From Klebsormidium nitens (lineage: Eukaryota > Plantae > Klebsormidiophyceae), in NCBI GenBank assembly GCA_000708835.1, contig DF236972.1, forward strand, positions 1-64,000: a stretch of DNA of 64,000 bases. The letters are read 5' to 3'. How positions within the stretch are numbered: the first letter of the stretch is position 1; each line of letters starts with the position of its first letter. The translations under genes and the position numbers were made by a program. The notes below the pieces were generated by a model. The model was given only the letters and a program-made list of their open reading frames with translations. It ran no database searches and was not told the origin of the DNA. Positions 10,500 through 23,840 of this stretch are shown piece after piece.

Positions 10500-13400
10500 C
10501 TACAACGATGTAAGCTTGGAGAACGCTAGCCGGATGGTGGACCCGTTGAACTTAGTCGCGTGCTTCTGCACAAGAGCCTCCGTTGCCTCTTCCTCGCTCG
10601 AAAAAAGCACCAGCACCTGCTTCTTCCCGTTGTTCTCCGACAGCTTTGCGCCCGTGATCGTCCCATGCGGTGCAAGGTACTCGGTGATCGACTCCTCAGT
10701 GACGTCAGCAGGCAGGCTGGAGCAGTGAATCATCTTAGTGGGCGCGCAGCAGTGCCGGAAGTTCTTGGAGGCGTTGCGGGAGAAGCGGTTCAGGTTCGAG
10801 TGGCTGTAGTCGTGCGAGTCCGGGGTGGGGTTGATGTGGGGGTGCTTCGAGTAGTTGACGTCCATCTGCTTCCCGAGCAGCATCACGCCCTGCGCAACGA
10901 AGACCATAAAGTGTGTTAACCGGCGGTCGCAGATTTGACAATCGAGCGTCGACTTGACCTGTCAGCACTATTTGTTCAACGAGAGCCTGGCTGAGAGCGC
11001 AAACTGGGCCCTCTTTCCGGGCATCACCAACAAGTCAATGGTTGAAGTTCAACGGTTGATCGACGGGCAGTCAACTCGCAGGACAATGAATATGAGCCCA
11101 CGTATTTCACTGCCCCTCCTGTCGAATCACGAATTCTGAGGATCAACGATGAGGAGACAAGCCCGTGGGCGACTCTGCTTGTTACTCGAAGTTCCTCCGA
11201 TTTGTCTCATTACTTCCGAAATCATTTGTTTCTCTCGTTAAGACACTGCTCTTCAGGCATCAACACCCAGGCAAACCGTACTGCTGCGAATGCTTGACAC
11301 AGCCTTGCAACAACAAATTACATTCTCGGCTTCGCCAGATGCCCAGCTTGCGCAATTGGCTCACCTTGAGAAAGTGGACGGCGAGCTCGGCCTGGAAGCC
11401 TTCGGCCATTTCAATGAGGGCGTGGTCGGGCTTCTTCTGGAGCATCTTGATCCGGACGATGTTGCCATAGTTGGAGAAGAGGTTGAAGAGCTTGTCAGGG
11501 TCGACGCGCTGCAGAAATCAATGTGCGAGCACGCTTAGAATAGGGGCGCAATGAGGGACGCTGAATCGCCCCCGTGTTAGAGATTCAATTGCACTGTTCC
11601 AATCGTGATGCTCGCGAGACAACCGAATGGCGACCGGGGTCCAAAATCTGGTGGCGAAGGAAACTGGAGAAACAAGTTACCTGACAACAAGCTGACCTTT
11701 CGTGCTGTCACAAACGGACCCGCTACAGACTGGCAGCTGTACCTTCCAGATCAGGAAATTGTCAAACAAGCGGAACTCCTGCACTCCATGGTGGGTGATA
11801 AAAAAAATGCTTAGCCGCTTTCCGGCCTCTGAAGTATAAGCAATGGGTTACATGTCGTCTTTGCCCTGCTTCGCCCGTCCTCCAACCACCACCCTCTTCC
11901 ACGCACTTCTCCATCTAAAGCGAATCGTAAAGCACACAACTGGGACTGGTCTCTGAGCTGACATGCAGTATGGACGAAGCTCCTCTCGAAGAATCCGCAA
12001 TCACGCAAGCATCCTCCTCTGCACGACAGCTGTCACATGCCACGTGGCTCACCTCTACGTTGAGGTTGGAGACCAGGACGACCCTGCGGTCGTTGGTGCC
12101 TGGCACCCCGAGCGGCAGCTGCACGTTGGGGTGCATACCCTGGTGCATCCCGTAGGGGCCCCCGGGGTGCGGCCGGGGGCCCCCATGGTGGGCAACGCCG
12201 TAGACGCTGCCGTCGCCAAACAGCGACTGCTGCTGCTGGGAGCACAAGACAAGCTGTGTGAGTGTCTGAAAGATTACACGACACTTGAAGTAAGGAATGA
12301 ATTTACGAAACGGCCACGGGAGCAGCCAGGGACCCCGTGGTGCGGTGGTGGACGAAGGCAGCGTCTGTCGCCAAATAGCGACTGCTGCTGCTGGGAGGAG
12401 AAGTGGGACAAAAGAGTGGGTGTGACAAACAACTGAAAAAGGGGTCTGACGGAACGAAAAGCACTTCAACTTTGATGGCCGTCTTCCTGAGATCCCAATG
12501 CAAAGAGTTGGGCAATCGCAATTTTACTTGGAATTGTGTACAAACTGTTCTAAACAGCTGTTGCTGAGAAGGAATAATCGAGGAGCAACATGAGTATCCG
12601 AGGAATGCATCATAGTAGGAGAAGACAATTGGAAAACGATGAGCAAAGCATATTCCAAACAACATTGCCTCTGTTGGGAGTGGACACTAGGATAAGTTCG
12701 AGCAGTGTTGAGCATCATAGCTCATGCAAACAGGACCGCAATTCTATACATGACGCTTCTGAAACCCAGCGCCGCTTCTGCGCGGACTGATTGAGAGTTC
12801 CAAGAAGGACGGCTGGAGCAGAAGAACGCACCCCATGTACTACCTCGTACACTATCCCATACGTCATCATGTACCAATTAGCGAGATCCACTCACCATCA
12901 TGGCTCCCTGGGGCCCATTGCGGCCTTGATCGGTGGGGAGGTTTTGGTTTGTGTAGTCCCGGGTCTTGTCGCTGTTGTAGTTGACCTGGAGCTCAGGAAG
13001 GCTGCCACAAGGAACACAGGTGTTGGTACACAACGCAAAAACGGTTCAACAACTGCTCTGGTGTGTGATACAAATACAAAGAGGAGTACTGGGCAATGAG
13101 ACTGATAAGAAGCCAAAAGGAAGCGCTGATTGCTAGACTAGCAATTAGCGACTACCGACTACTAGACTAGCGACTACTAGACTAGCGACTACCTTGCTGA
13201 TACTCCTCCTATATCACAAAGAGGTAGCCAGAAAGTCTGACAAGCCCACACATATGTGCCCCCCATCAACATTTGTCAATTATGAGAGATGTGCCTTACT
13301 TGGAGTACTGGATGTCCAGAGTGCAGCAGCCGTCGTAGATGTTGCGGCCTTGGAGCTGGGAGCGTGCGTTCACCGCACTTTGTTGCAGCGCAAACTGTAG

Positions 13401-15298
13401 CAGAGCTTGCAGGCCTGCGCACGAGAAGTGTAGAACTTCGTACATGGGTCCATAAGCTCCTTTAACTAGCAACAAGAAAGTCAGGCACTGGAATAACTTG
13501 CTCTTAGGTAAGTCAGGATGGTTTTCAAGCTACTTCTGCATTGGAGCGGCATGCCTGCAAAGCCAGTGCCCAAAGAGTTCCACAACCTCAATGTTCCCAG
13601 CTTATCTAACCCCTGCTTTTCTAGGTCATCTTCTGCAGCATCAGCTTGCATGACCAAGCACGCCAGTCATTCAAATAAGTGCCTACTCCACGGCGTGTTT
13701 CTAAAAAGCGATTTAAGTGTGCCTTACTACCACTAGCTATGAAGCAAGAATGCAAGCATGGAGAAGTGAGAGATGGGCGGGGCGAGTGGTCTAACCAGCA
13801 GGCTGCTTGAGGAAGGTGACAATCTTTTCAACGAGGCCGTGTGGGGAGAAGACTTGGTGGAGGACGTCGACGGTGATGGGATACTGAGGGTTGTGGATGG
13901 TGATGAGCAGAATGCGATTGGGGCGCTGCTCAGGCTGTGGGGACGACAGGCGCGCGGTCAGTGGTCAGAGCGAGAACAGAGCGGAGAAGCAAGCACCGTC
14001 TGACTGGTAGTGGAATAAGTGCACATCAATGCCCCTTCCAATGGTGGAAGGCCGCCAGCCAGACTGGCAGCTTCATGGAAGACTTTCCTCTGATCTGACA
14101 CAAGAGGTTAGCAACGAAGCATGCACAAAACATAAGAAGAGGAGGGCCACCTTTATTTAGCAGAGCACCACTCCTCTCTGTGCAAGATCCATCCTCCAGA
14201 CAGCTCCTCCAGGTGTTCAATCTCCGGATCTGGAATGACTCCAGGATACACCCAAATCATCAGCAAGCTTCGAAAACAATCGGTGCACTCACATGCTCTC
14301 TCCTCTCCCGCGGCTCCCCGGGAGTAGGTGCATGGTTCTCCTGCGCCTTCAACTCCTGGTGAGAGGAGTACTGGACATACACGTTCCGGCCCCTGCAGCA
14401 CTTGGCAAGCTTGCATAAGCACTTCAGTGTTTGATCTCCCGCACCAGAGTGGCTCTTCCAAAGAAAAGTGGCAAAATGAGCAGCAAAAGTCTCCAATCCC
14501 ACAAATCTTAACCCCAAGCATGCCGATGAAAATGCTTGAGACTGTCATCAGCACCATAGTCTTGAAAATGCACTGCCGCTCAAGATTGATCAAAGCACTT
14601 GGCACGTCCAGAAACTGCCACTTCTAGCCAGACAACAGCCTTAGCATCAAACAACTACTGCTGGACAAAACATACATGGTCAGAGAAGTTGGTGCTTGCG
14701 GTGGTGGAAATCTTCCAACAGGGTGCAAAGTTTACCTGATCGCCGGCTGAGTCTCAGCATATGCTTCAATCAACGCCTTAGCGGAAGGAATATCCTCCAT
14801 CTGAATAAGCACCTGCACTAAGAAAAGAGCGGTGAGACACCAAACAAACATTGAAATCATGGACGCGAGAGCATCATCCACATAACTAGTTTACAAACAT
14901 CAAGCATTGATCAGACATTGAGTGGTAAGTGACCCCAGCAAAGCACTTTTCGCTTCAAGAGCACCAACTATTTCGGCAGAGTATCCAAGAAAAAGACCCT
15001 TGGGGCGTCAATGCACCTGCTAGTGTAGGACGATAGTGACTCATTGAACGAAATGCGAGGCGCATTTCACATTCCTGATCCATCAAAGGAACACCGAATG
15101 TATCCCAGACACCATGCATCACTTCTGTAGGTGCAGCCATGGCTTGAGAGTGCAAGCTCGCAGATCACTGACCTGGTTTTTTGGACGGAGTAGGACCACC
15201 TTGGTAACGGTCCCGAATTCTTGAGCAAACTGGTGCACATCTTCCTCAGTTACATCCTGTCCAACACTCCGCACGTGGATAACCTTGGACTCCGCCAT
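10500..15298 (-). CDS. PTB3: Polypyrimidine tract-binding protein 3-like (four RRMs)
   Basis: Starts MAESKVIHVRSVGQDVTEED (ATG 15298). Further exons read GRNVYVQYSSHQEL, NRILLITIHNPQYPITVDVLHQVFSPHG, GRNIYDGCCTLDIQYS, DRRVVLVSNLN, DKLFNLFSNYGNIVRIK and a final exon 10500-~10892 ending IRLAFSKLTSL*. Matches the plant PTB3/hnRNP-L-like type. Confidence 0.95.
13133..13192. repeat. Short tandem repeat (unit ctagactagcgacta) in a PTB3 intron
   Basis: Two exact 15-bp copies at 13162-13191 plus degenerate flanking copies. Confidence 0.75.
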
Positions 15299-16180
15299 GT
15301 CGCTGCTTCACAGAGCACAGTGTCTGTGACAAGACAATGCGCTCCCTTCGGGACTGGTGCCTTAGCCTCTTGGTGACAGAACGCTAGCAACCAAAGAACT
15401 CTCAGAAGGGTACAGACTGGCTTCCACTCGCAGCTCAACGAAGCCGCTTCTACGAGTAAAACAGGAAGGTGAAAGCGACCATTTCAGCTACCATCTGATG
15501 TACACCAACCGCAGTTTCCGTGACAGACAGGAACTCGAGCTTTCCCCACCTTCCTTTGGCTACCCTCCTCCTTCCTGCGCCCTCCCTCACTCTCGCCTTG
15601 CTTGCCCTAGCTCTCCTCTTTCTCTTGTCTAGGACGTATGCACCTGTCGTTGTATGGTGCTCTTCAATTTCCCCATAAATCTTATAGAATACCAAGCCGG
15701 ATACATGAGTAGATATGAGGGACTGTCCTTTGTCGTCCCTGCAACCCATGCCGGAGAGCCTATTAAATACAGTAACGGTTTACGTAAGGTTTAAGAAACT
15801 CCTGGTTACGAGACTGCTTCAATCTCTTCAATACGTCTACCTGTGATTTGCACAGCACGGGGGTTAGAAACACTGGTTATCGATCAGAAGGCATAAGCTG
15901 GCCTGACAAACATATACGCTCTTTGCAGATGTTCCAATGGCATTTACACCTATGTATGCACCTGGCATGTGTTTAAGATTTATGTAATATGCATGTAGGA
16001 AACACTTTCTTCACCCGTTTCTCTCGGACTCGGAGGGCAAGAGCCTCGGACCGAGGCTCGGAGCTAGGAAGGCCGCTTTTGCAGGCAAGTCCTGCTGCCC
16101 GTGCTGTCCTGCTGCAGCCTGGCTGGCTAGCGAGCTCAATTGCCATTGGTTTCGTAGGCCATTTGTCGGCAGCCACGAGG

Positions 16181-19100
16181 ATGGAAGAAACACCACTTCT
16201 GTATCATGAGAAGCAGGAGTCAGCGATATGTGGCGTCCACGCATTGAACACCCTGCGTAAGTGTCTCCAGATCAGCAAAGAGTTCCACCTTTGCAGTTTT
16301 ACTGGGATACTCTGGGGTAAAAGCAGAGACAGTATTGTTTTATTCCTCATGATTGTTATTGGTGTTCCGTCCTGAAAATGAAGGCTGTTGGACTCTCTGC
16401 CACTGGCAGAAGTCCCATTGAGCATCCTACACGGTTCCAAGAACTCTGGCTTTCTTTTTTATGTTTCTGCCTACAAGTATGATAATTTGTTCTTCTGGCG
16501 CATCAAAGTCCACTCAGCACCGTGGTAATCTGCATCCGTTCCGTTTGACTGAACATTACGCTGCATCCCTCAGAAGGATACGTTCAGGCTAAGAACAATA
16601 CAGATCCGTGTTGCCTGCTGAATCTAGAAGAGTGCGCTACTTTCTACTTTTTCACGTTCTGCAAAAAGGGTGCCATACTCCTGCTGGTTGCTTGTTACTC
16701 AAGCTGGAAAACAAGTAATGACCGGATTCTTGAGCCCCCGCCAGACTGTGCTCTGCAGTGCAAGGCCCCTACTTCACGGAAGTCGACCTTTCTCAGATCG
16801 CACTCGAACTGGACAAGAATGAGAGGGAGATGATGGCGGAGAGCGGCCTGGAGTCATCCGACTACCTCAAGTTCATGGCTGAGGAGTCTGGGAATGTTGC
16901 TGCAGATGGAAACTTCAGCATCCAGGCAAGTCTGGCATAGACACTGATGTGCTCAATTGGAAGAAGGACTTAAATCCAATGAAAGTCTTCTCTGGTTTTG
17001 ATCTGGCTGATGACCTGGCGTGATGGTTGGCCCTCTTGCCTCTCAATTGCCACCTTGATGAGATTCTGCTGAGGAATTTCGAAAACTCTCTTGAAAGGCA
17101 GCTGTCATCTATCTAATTTTCGGTGTCGTCCATCAAATATTGAAGTACAAGCTTGTCGAAAACATGTACCTATTGTGTGACACCGTCTAGGAGATTGCAG
17201 CAGGGCGTGATGCGGTCGTTTTTCTGCAGGTACTCAGCAAGGCGCTGGAAGTCTGGGGCCTGATCTTTGTGCATTTGGACAGCCCTGAGGCAGCAGCTAT
17301 GGGGGACAACGACCAAGAGGCTTTTCTTTGCAATCTCCAGCAGCACTGGTTTACCATTAGAAAGATCGGCTCTGAGTGGTAAGGCCTTGATGCCTAGCCT
17401 TGATCTGCTTGTCCAAGCTAGCTAAGCCCCACAGGGAGGTTGCTTTGTGACTGTTCCATCCGCAAGCATGATTTCGGTCCGTTTTTGCGCGCTCACTTCG
17501 AAAGTTGTGCAATTCGACTGACTTCCAGAAACGTCTGCGTTGCACCAAACCGACTTCGTGTCTCTTTCCGACTTCCTTCTTATGATACTCAGCCTTACCT
17601 CAGGAAAAACATCTCTTTGTTCGAATGGGACCGTCTCCATTGTGTCTTTACTAGTGTCGAGTAATGGTATGTCCACTCCCTAAGACAAGGCCGTTTCAAT
17701 TTTGAAACCAGGTACAATATGAACAGCCTATACCCAGCCCCCGTTCACCTCTCCCAGTTCTACCTCGCTGCCTATCTTGGATCGCTCAAGGACGGCGGCT
17801 ACACAATCTTCGCAGTACAAGGAAACCTGCCGAAGTCGGTTGCAAGCGAGTTCTCAGGTAAATGACCCTGTCCGGTCCCTACTTTTCTCTCTTATCCTGA
17901 GGTTGTTTGGAGCTTGTAAGGGCGAGTTTTTGAATGGTAAGGTGTGGTTATCCGTTCTGTGGCCTGGATGATCCTTTGAAGGACGTACTCTGGACCCTGA
18001 ACGAATAGTGAGTGACACAATACCGCCCAAATGCGTTCCCATATATGCTGGTCGGTTTGCCAGTGGCCAGAAAGCGTCCCTTCTCGTTTGAGAAGTACGT
18101 CATACAGGGTTACGAGTAAGTTACGAGTATCATCATCAACGTCAGGTCCTACTGATCAACAGATCTCATCGGGTGAGCGTTGAAGGCAGCGTCAATATTG
18201 ATGCTGGTCTTTTCAGTCTCCTGATTTCTCAAATTCATTGATAGCAGGAGCACGATTCCCTTTGAAGGTGGCGCCAAAGTCATCATAATACCAATGCAGC
18301 TCACAGCCCTTAAGCAGATTGTGTTCTACTTCTCCAACCGTTTTTTTGAACAGTTTGGATTCCGTAAGAGACGCTGACAGAACTCGAATTGAAGAAAATT
18401 ACGTGTGTCTAAAGTGGTCGATCTCCCATAACTCCGTTTATGTTGATTGCTATCCTCGTGACTGCCAACACTGCGTAGTTCTGAAATCGGCGAAGAGGAA
18501 GTGTACTGGTTAAGCAAGCCTTGATCTCAACAAAACGTTAACCGAAAGGTTTACACGCTCCACACCCGCACCCTCGCTAACCCCCTACAGTATTCCCACC
18601 CAATTCAGCACCGTCCTCTTATTATACGATTGCTCACACCCTTGCAGGCAGCGGGCAGGGCCGGTGGCTGACCCCCCAGCAGGCAGAGGCGATCAACGCA
18701 GAGGCCAAGCGCAAGGAAACAAAAAGCAACCCGCAGTCGAACCCGTCCGATTGGCCCACGCTTTCAAACGCTCCGGACGACGACATGGCCGCCGCGATTG
18801 CGGCCAGTTTGCAGGACGCAGGGCCGAGCACCAGCGGAGCCGATTCCTACCCGGGGGGCGGCAGTTCACACTGGGGGGGTGCCAGTTCACAACTGGGCGG
18901 TGCCGATTCACCCTGGGGGGGCGACGAGGACCCGGAGCTGGCTGCGGCGATCGCCGCCAGTTTAGGCGACTCGTTTGGGGAGCAGAAGCGGGCGCCGAGC
19001 GAGCCGCGGGAAGCGGAGGGGGGGCCCGGGGTGTGGAGTGGGAAGGGGCAAAAACTGGGGGGGTCTGACGCTCCGGGGGAACAACCGTCCGGGCAAAGCG

Positions 19101-19872
19101 GCGAGGGGATGAAAGCCACGAGCCCGGGCGAAGAGGGGGGGAATGTTACGGAACTTGTGAAACCCAAGTTCGAGATCAAGCAGGACGCGCTCTCCCGCCA
19201 GATTGCGGCAGCACGCGCGAAGGTGGAGGCGCGGGCCGCAGCCAGCGGGCCGGCCACGAGTCAAAGCGAGGGCGGCGGTGACGTCAGCGGGGCCAAAATT
19301 GACGTCAGCGCCGCTGATACGGCCACGTCTCAGGGGCCCGGGGACGCAGCCGGGGGGGGTGTTGAGCTGGCGTTTCGGATGCTCGACGGGCGGAGGGTGA
19401 GCCGAAAGTTTGGACCGGGGGCCACGGTGGGGGATCTGCTGACGTTTCTGCGAGGCGAGGGAGTGGATACGGACAAGACGGTGCTGACAGCCACAGGAGG
19501 AGACAAGCTGGTGAGTGGGAATCTCGACGCGTAATCGATTTTTCAGAGATGAACCTTTTCGGTTGAAGCAAGGAACGTGCGTGCATTTTCCGGAACCAGC
19601 TTCTAATCGCGGAATCCATGTGGTCATTTGCCTGACGGAGACTAAAATTGACAACCCAAAAGAAGAAGACTTGTTTGACAGAAGTTGGCAGAAGAGGAGA
19701 CCTCTCCTGGCTTGCCAATACATTTTTTCCAACTTGCGGATACCATCAAGATTCTTCTTTGGCGGAATCTGACGACGAGTTTGGGTCCTTGCAGTCGCTC
19801 GTGGACAGTCAAGTCACGCTGGAGAGAGCTGGGCTCCAGGACAAAAGCCTCCTTACTGTTAGGCAATCATGA
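16181..19872 (+). CDS. ATXN3: Ataxin-3 homolog: Josephin deubiquitinase, two UIM-like motifs and a C-terminal UBX-like domain
   Basis: Exons 16181-16256 (YHEKQESAICGVHALN, catalytic Cys), 16759-16925, 17230-~17378 (QHWFTIR, catalytic His), ~17712-17857 (NMNSL, catalytic Asn), 18648-19509 (DDMAAAIAASL, DPELAAAIAASL, then LAFRMLDGRRVSRKF) and ~19792-19872 (VTLERAGL..LLTV*). Confidence 0.9.
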
Positions 19873-20810
19873 TCCCAGTCGAGCGCTCAGTCGCTTAAAG
19901 GTATTCCTGCACTTTCTTAAGTAAGAAGGATCTTGAGGAAGATTGCTGAGATGGTACGGCAAGAAGAAACAAGGTAACGCGAAATCACAGAGCCCACCCC
20001 TGACTTCACGAGCGCCCATAAATAGGCACCGTGCGTACTGATCTAACCAAAGGATACGTTCGATGTTGAAAGCAGAGCGTTTCTGCGTTGCACTCAAGGA
20101 CGTCGTCCTTGCACAAGAACGTATGGACGTTGACCCCGGGAGCCTTGCAGCATGGGTTGTTAATTCAGCATGCATGCGCGGGCCAGCCATGCTCCACAAG
20201 CAAGAACCAGAAGTGACGCGCGTGCATCATTGGTCAACACGCATGGTAAAGTTCACCATCATGCATGCATGTTGGCCGCCCCTACAATCAAGAGAAGGAT
20301 TAACTCGCGGACTCGGCGTCTGAGGTAGCCTATAAAGGACATTAGTTTGCTGGCAGACAGGCGACGGACTGCATGCGATTGTGATGGACGGACTGGCGGC
20401 AGTGCCAGGTATACGTTTGAACAGTCCTGCGGCTGGACTCGACTTGAATCAATCAACAGGGCACAGATAGCTGTTCAAAAGTAGAGCTTTTCCTGTTAAG
20501 TTCCCAAGAGACCTCAGACTCTCAGACTCCGCAGAGCCTTCTATACAAGGTCAGCCTGTGCTTATTGCCTTCTTGGAGTTCTGCGAGCTGCCAGGCTATG
20601 TACGCAAATTCTGGATTGTTCCACTGCCCAGCCTGTCTCGGTGTAAGTAAGCGATGCTCACTGGTGCACTGTAAAAATTAACGGCTCAATACAATTCCAA
20701 GAACACGTTTACCAAGTATGTACAGAAGGTTGTTTTCAGGAACTTCGATGCTGATTTTACCCCCACATTGATTATGCGTATGTACAAGATAGGCTACAAC
20801 TCGTGTCTGA

Positions 20811-23115
20811 CTAGCGCCTGCTCACGATCTGCTCGCGCAAGTCTGCCGGCAGCTTCCTGCCCATCTCGCTGTCCGACATGCTGCTGTAGATCACCCAGCA
20901 GTTTTGCAAAGTCCATCCCCAATTCTCCGTCCGGCTGACGTTAAGGCTCGGCCACTGGTTTATCCTCACGTAGCGCCCGGGCTTCCCGTCTTTGGTCTTG
21001 GTAAACTTCCAGGTCATGTCGTTGAAGACTGTGTCGTTAGGACCCGGGCTGACAACGTTGTCCGGATGGAAAACCCTGCAGGCGAGGATTTGACTGGAAT
21101 CCCGCTCAGTTCCCTAACTTTTGAGATGACAAGAGTCTCGGAAACGTACAGGTACGAAGAGTGAGAGGTGAGGAGCCTTTGGTAAATGTGGTGCAAGTTC
21201 ACGTTGTTAGACACGGTTTCGAAGAGCTGTGTACAAGTACGAAAGTGGCTCGTATATGGCGAATCGGAGTTTCAACCAGACGCTTCTGCGCAAAATGTCT
21301 GGTCCTCCGCAGACATTTCGTATTCGGCCATTGCATGTCGCACGGGGCAGACGACTTGTCTGTCTCATTGAAGGAAACGAAGACTGTCTTTTGGAAAGAC
21401 AGTATGTACTTCTTAGATGAGTCATGTGCTTTTCCGACGGTCAAAAGGCTGAGCATACAATTTAAACTCTTTCAACAAAAGATTGAGTCGCTGTAAAATA
21501 GTTGTGGGCCCCGCCCCGTCTCAGCATGCGGTCAACGACGAATCGAGAGGGGCGAACCGCGTGGCGCGTTCAATCCAGAGAAAGTTTTTGTAGACCTGAT
21601 CGAGCAAGACTGTAATCCAACGAACTTACAGGCTTATAGGCCCAGCAAGCAACAAAGACAGGACTCTTTTCTACAGGTTGACAACAAACATCGACCAAGA
21701 ATGTGAGCAGCGTCACCTGATAAATGGAGGCTCTGACCGCCAGCTGGGGTCCAGATTTCGCCAAAAGTCTCCCGCCGACTGAGGCATAAGAAGAACCCAC
21801 GTCAAACAAGAGTCGAGACAACTCCTTCGAAACTTAAGGGGCTTCGGTTTTTATCGTTAAACCGAGGGCAACGAGCAGCGTTTTTTGGGAGAAATACAGC
21901 CTAGGGGCCAATCAATCTGGTCAATCTGCGAGCACATCATCTCTCTATGGAGCAAAGTACAAGGATTTGACAGTGCGAGGGCATACGCGTTTGTAGGTTG
22001 TTCACCCCTGTCTACGACCGCTTATACATGATGACTTTACAGGAACCCTGTGGTCATGCCGGCCTTGTGTCCTGGAGAATACACTAGCAAAATGCTGTGC
22101 GGTAGGACCTTTTCCAGCTGAGGCACAAGTTGACAAAAGTCTGTGGTACACTGACAACCAGCCATGCACTGCAAGTAGTAAAAGACTCTCAAGACCGACT
22201 TCTCTCTCCGTTTTCAAGAAGCAGAGATTCCGATCAATCGATCGTGGGGCAACGCCTCACCCATTTGAAGCGAAACTCAAACGCCGTACCGCAGAGGTCT
22301 TGCACCATGATCTTTGCCTGCAAATTTGGGGGGCAAAGTCACATGAAGAATGAACCTTTGTTGAAAGGGAAAGATGGATTGAGTGCCCTAACTGCACTAC
22401 AGAGATTGATGATTGGGCAAGATAAGGGCAGTGTACGAGGGTGCGTTTCCGATGTGCGAGGGGTAGAACTGAAGACTCTCAACTTGTTAGTGGACATGTT
22501 GGCGGCTTCCGCTAAGCAGCACTGGCTCACTCAGGATGCATTCGAGTCCGATGGGGTCATACCAGGCTCATTGATGGGTAACCTGTCCTGAAATGGTTTT
22601 GAAAAGCAGCTGGAATGAGCTAGCATTTAAGTATGGCTTTCAAGACGTAAGCTTGACCTTAAAATGCAGTCTTTTGACGTCCAATACATGAAGTCGCATC
22701 TGCACTAAATCAATGCACCCACCCTCTTGGCATCTCGGAGACACGCCCCAAACGCCACCATCTTCGACTCCGCCGTCAACGCAACCTTCGGGACCGCTGC
22801 TTTTCCCCGGCACAGTTCGTCCAAATGCTGTTCCCACAGGCCGTCTTCCCTCGCCAGCCCTCCCCAGCTTTTGCACACTAGGGTGCACGTCGCAAGGGCA
22901 CGGGAATCAACAAACCCCAGAATCCGTAAGAAGACGTCCTCCCCTAACACTTCCACAGGGTCCTGTCCTGGACTGATGGAAGCAGGAGCCTTTGGGGCCG
23001 ACCAGAACAACCGCCGGGCGACGATGGGCATGCAAGAAGAGCAGGGCTTCTCAGGCGAGCAAGCCGGCTTCGCGGCTTGACGAGGCCTCAGCTGGCGCGG
23101 GGACGGGGTGTCCAT
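20811..23115 (-). CDS. F-box protein (resembles the plant At5g52880-type family)
   Basis: F-box DPVEVLGEDVFLRILGFVD..VCKSW (~22840-22980). Later exons: AKIMVQDLCGTAFEFRFKW (~22263-22319), SAGDFWRNLDPSW (~21719-21780) and RVFHPD..YVRINQWPSLNVSRTENWGWTLQN..* (20811-~21078). Start codon could be 23115, 23157 or ~23031. Confidence 0.8.
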
Positions 23116-23840
23116 TTCAATGGCGTAATGAAAGCAAACTCGCCAACGCGCCTCCAATACACGTCAGCTTGCTTTCATCGAGAACAGGAGCTAGATATTA
23201 TGGTGACCCCTTCAATGTAGTTTTCAGATGAGTTGACAATTGAAGATGCTTGATGACGCCGCCATCGCGCAGCTCGCCCCGAGCCGAAGTCCTTGGTGCT
23301 AGGCTTCCCTCTCCAAATTCCAATGGCATGAGAGACGAGCTAGCTTTGCGCGCTAGGTACTACAGGCTACAGCAGCTCGATCGGGTATTTTCTGATCTGC
23401 GATTGACTTTATTTGTGGGCGTATGACCGTGCCAGACGGCTATATTCGTTGAAAGTCATTGCCCAGTGAATAATCTACCGGGAGCATCATCTGAATCCTT
23501 CCTGAGTACCGGGCTCCCAATAGATGCACCAAACCCTGTCCACGACGTGTGGTGAGAGAAGCAATTTACGCAAATATATTGATTATGTGGCTCATTTCCA
23601 ATTAGGGTTGGCGCTGTGATCTCAACACACGAATTCAGTCTGCTCATTCAAGTCAAATTGCTCAATCCACGAACTTGAAAGCGCATTGCCATCAGAAAGG
23701 CCCAGATCTGAACTGCGCTTCTCTTCAATTGTTCTACTTCTGGTAGTGCTTGGATTTATATGCTCTTGAATTAGCCTACGTTCTCTCTTCTATTGGGATT
23801 CGGTTGAGGAAACACCTTCCCGCCTGCACAATCGTCAAGA

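Noticed and set aside
18641-18655. Apparent 4-nt tandem acceptor (cag-gcag) in ataxin-3
   Set aside because: The first AG (exon start 18648) already gives the correct frame; nothing unusual is required.
18962-19732. 256-aa minus-strand ORF and other overlapping ORFs
   Set aside because: Shadows of the GC-rich ataxin-3 exon.
20165-20275. CATGCATG (RY-like) clusters
   Set aside because: Lie between convergent 3' ends, not in a promoter; short palindromes are common.
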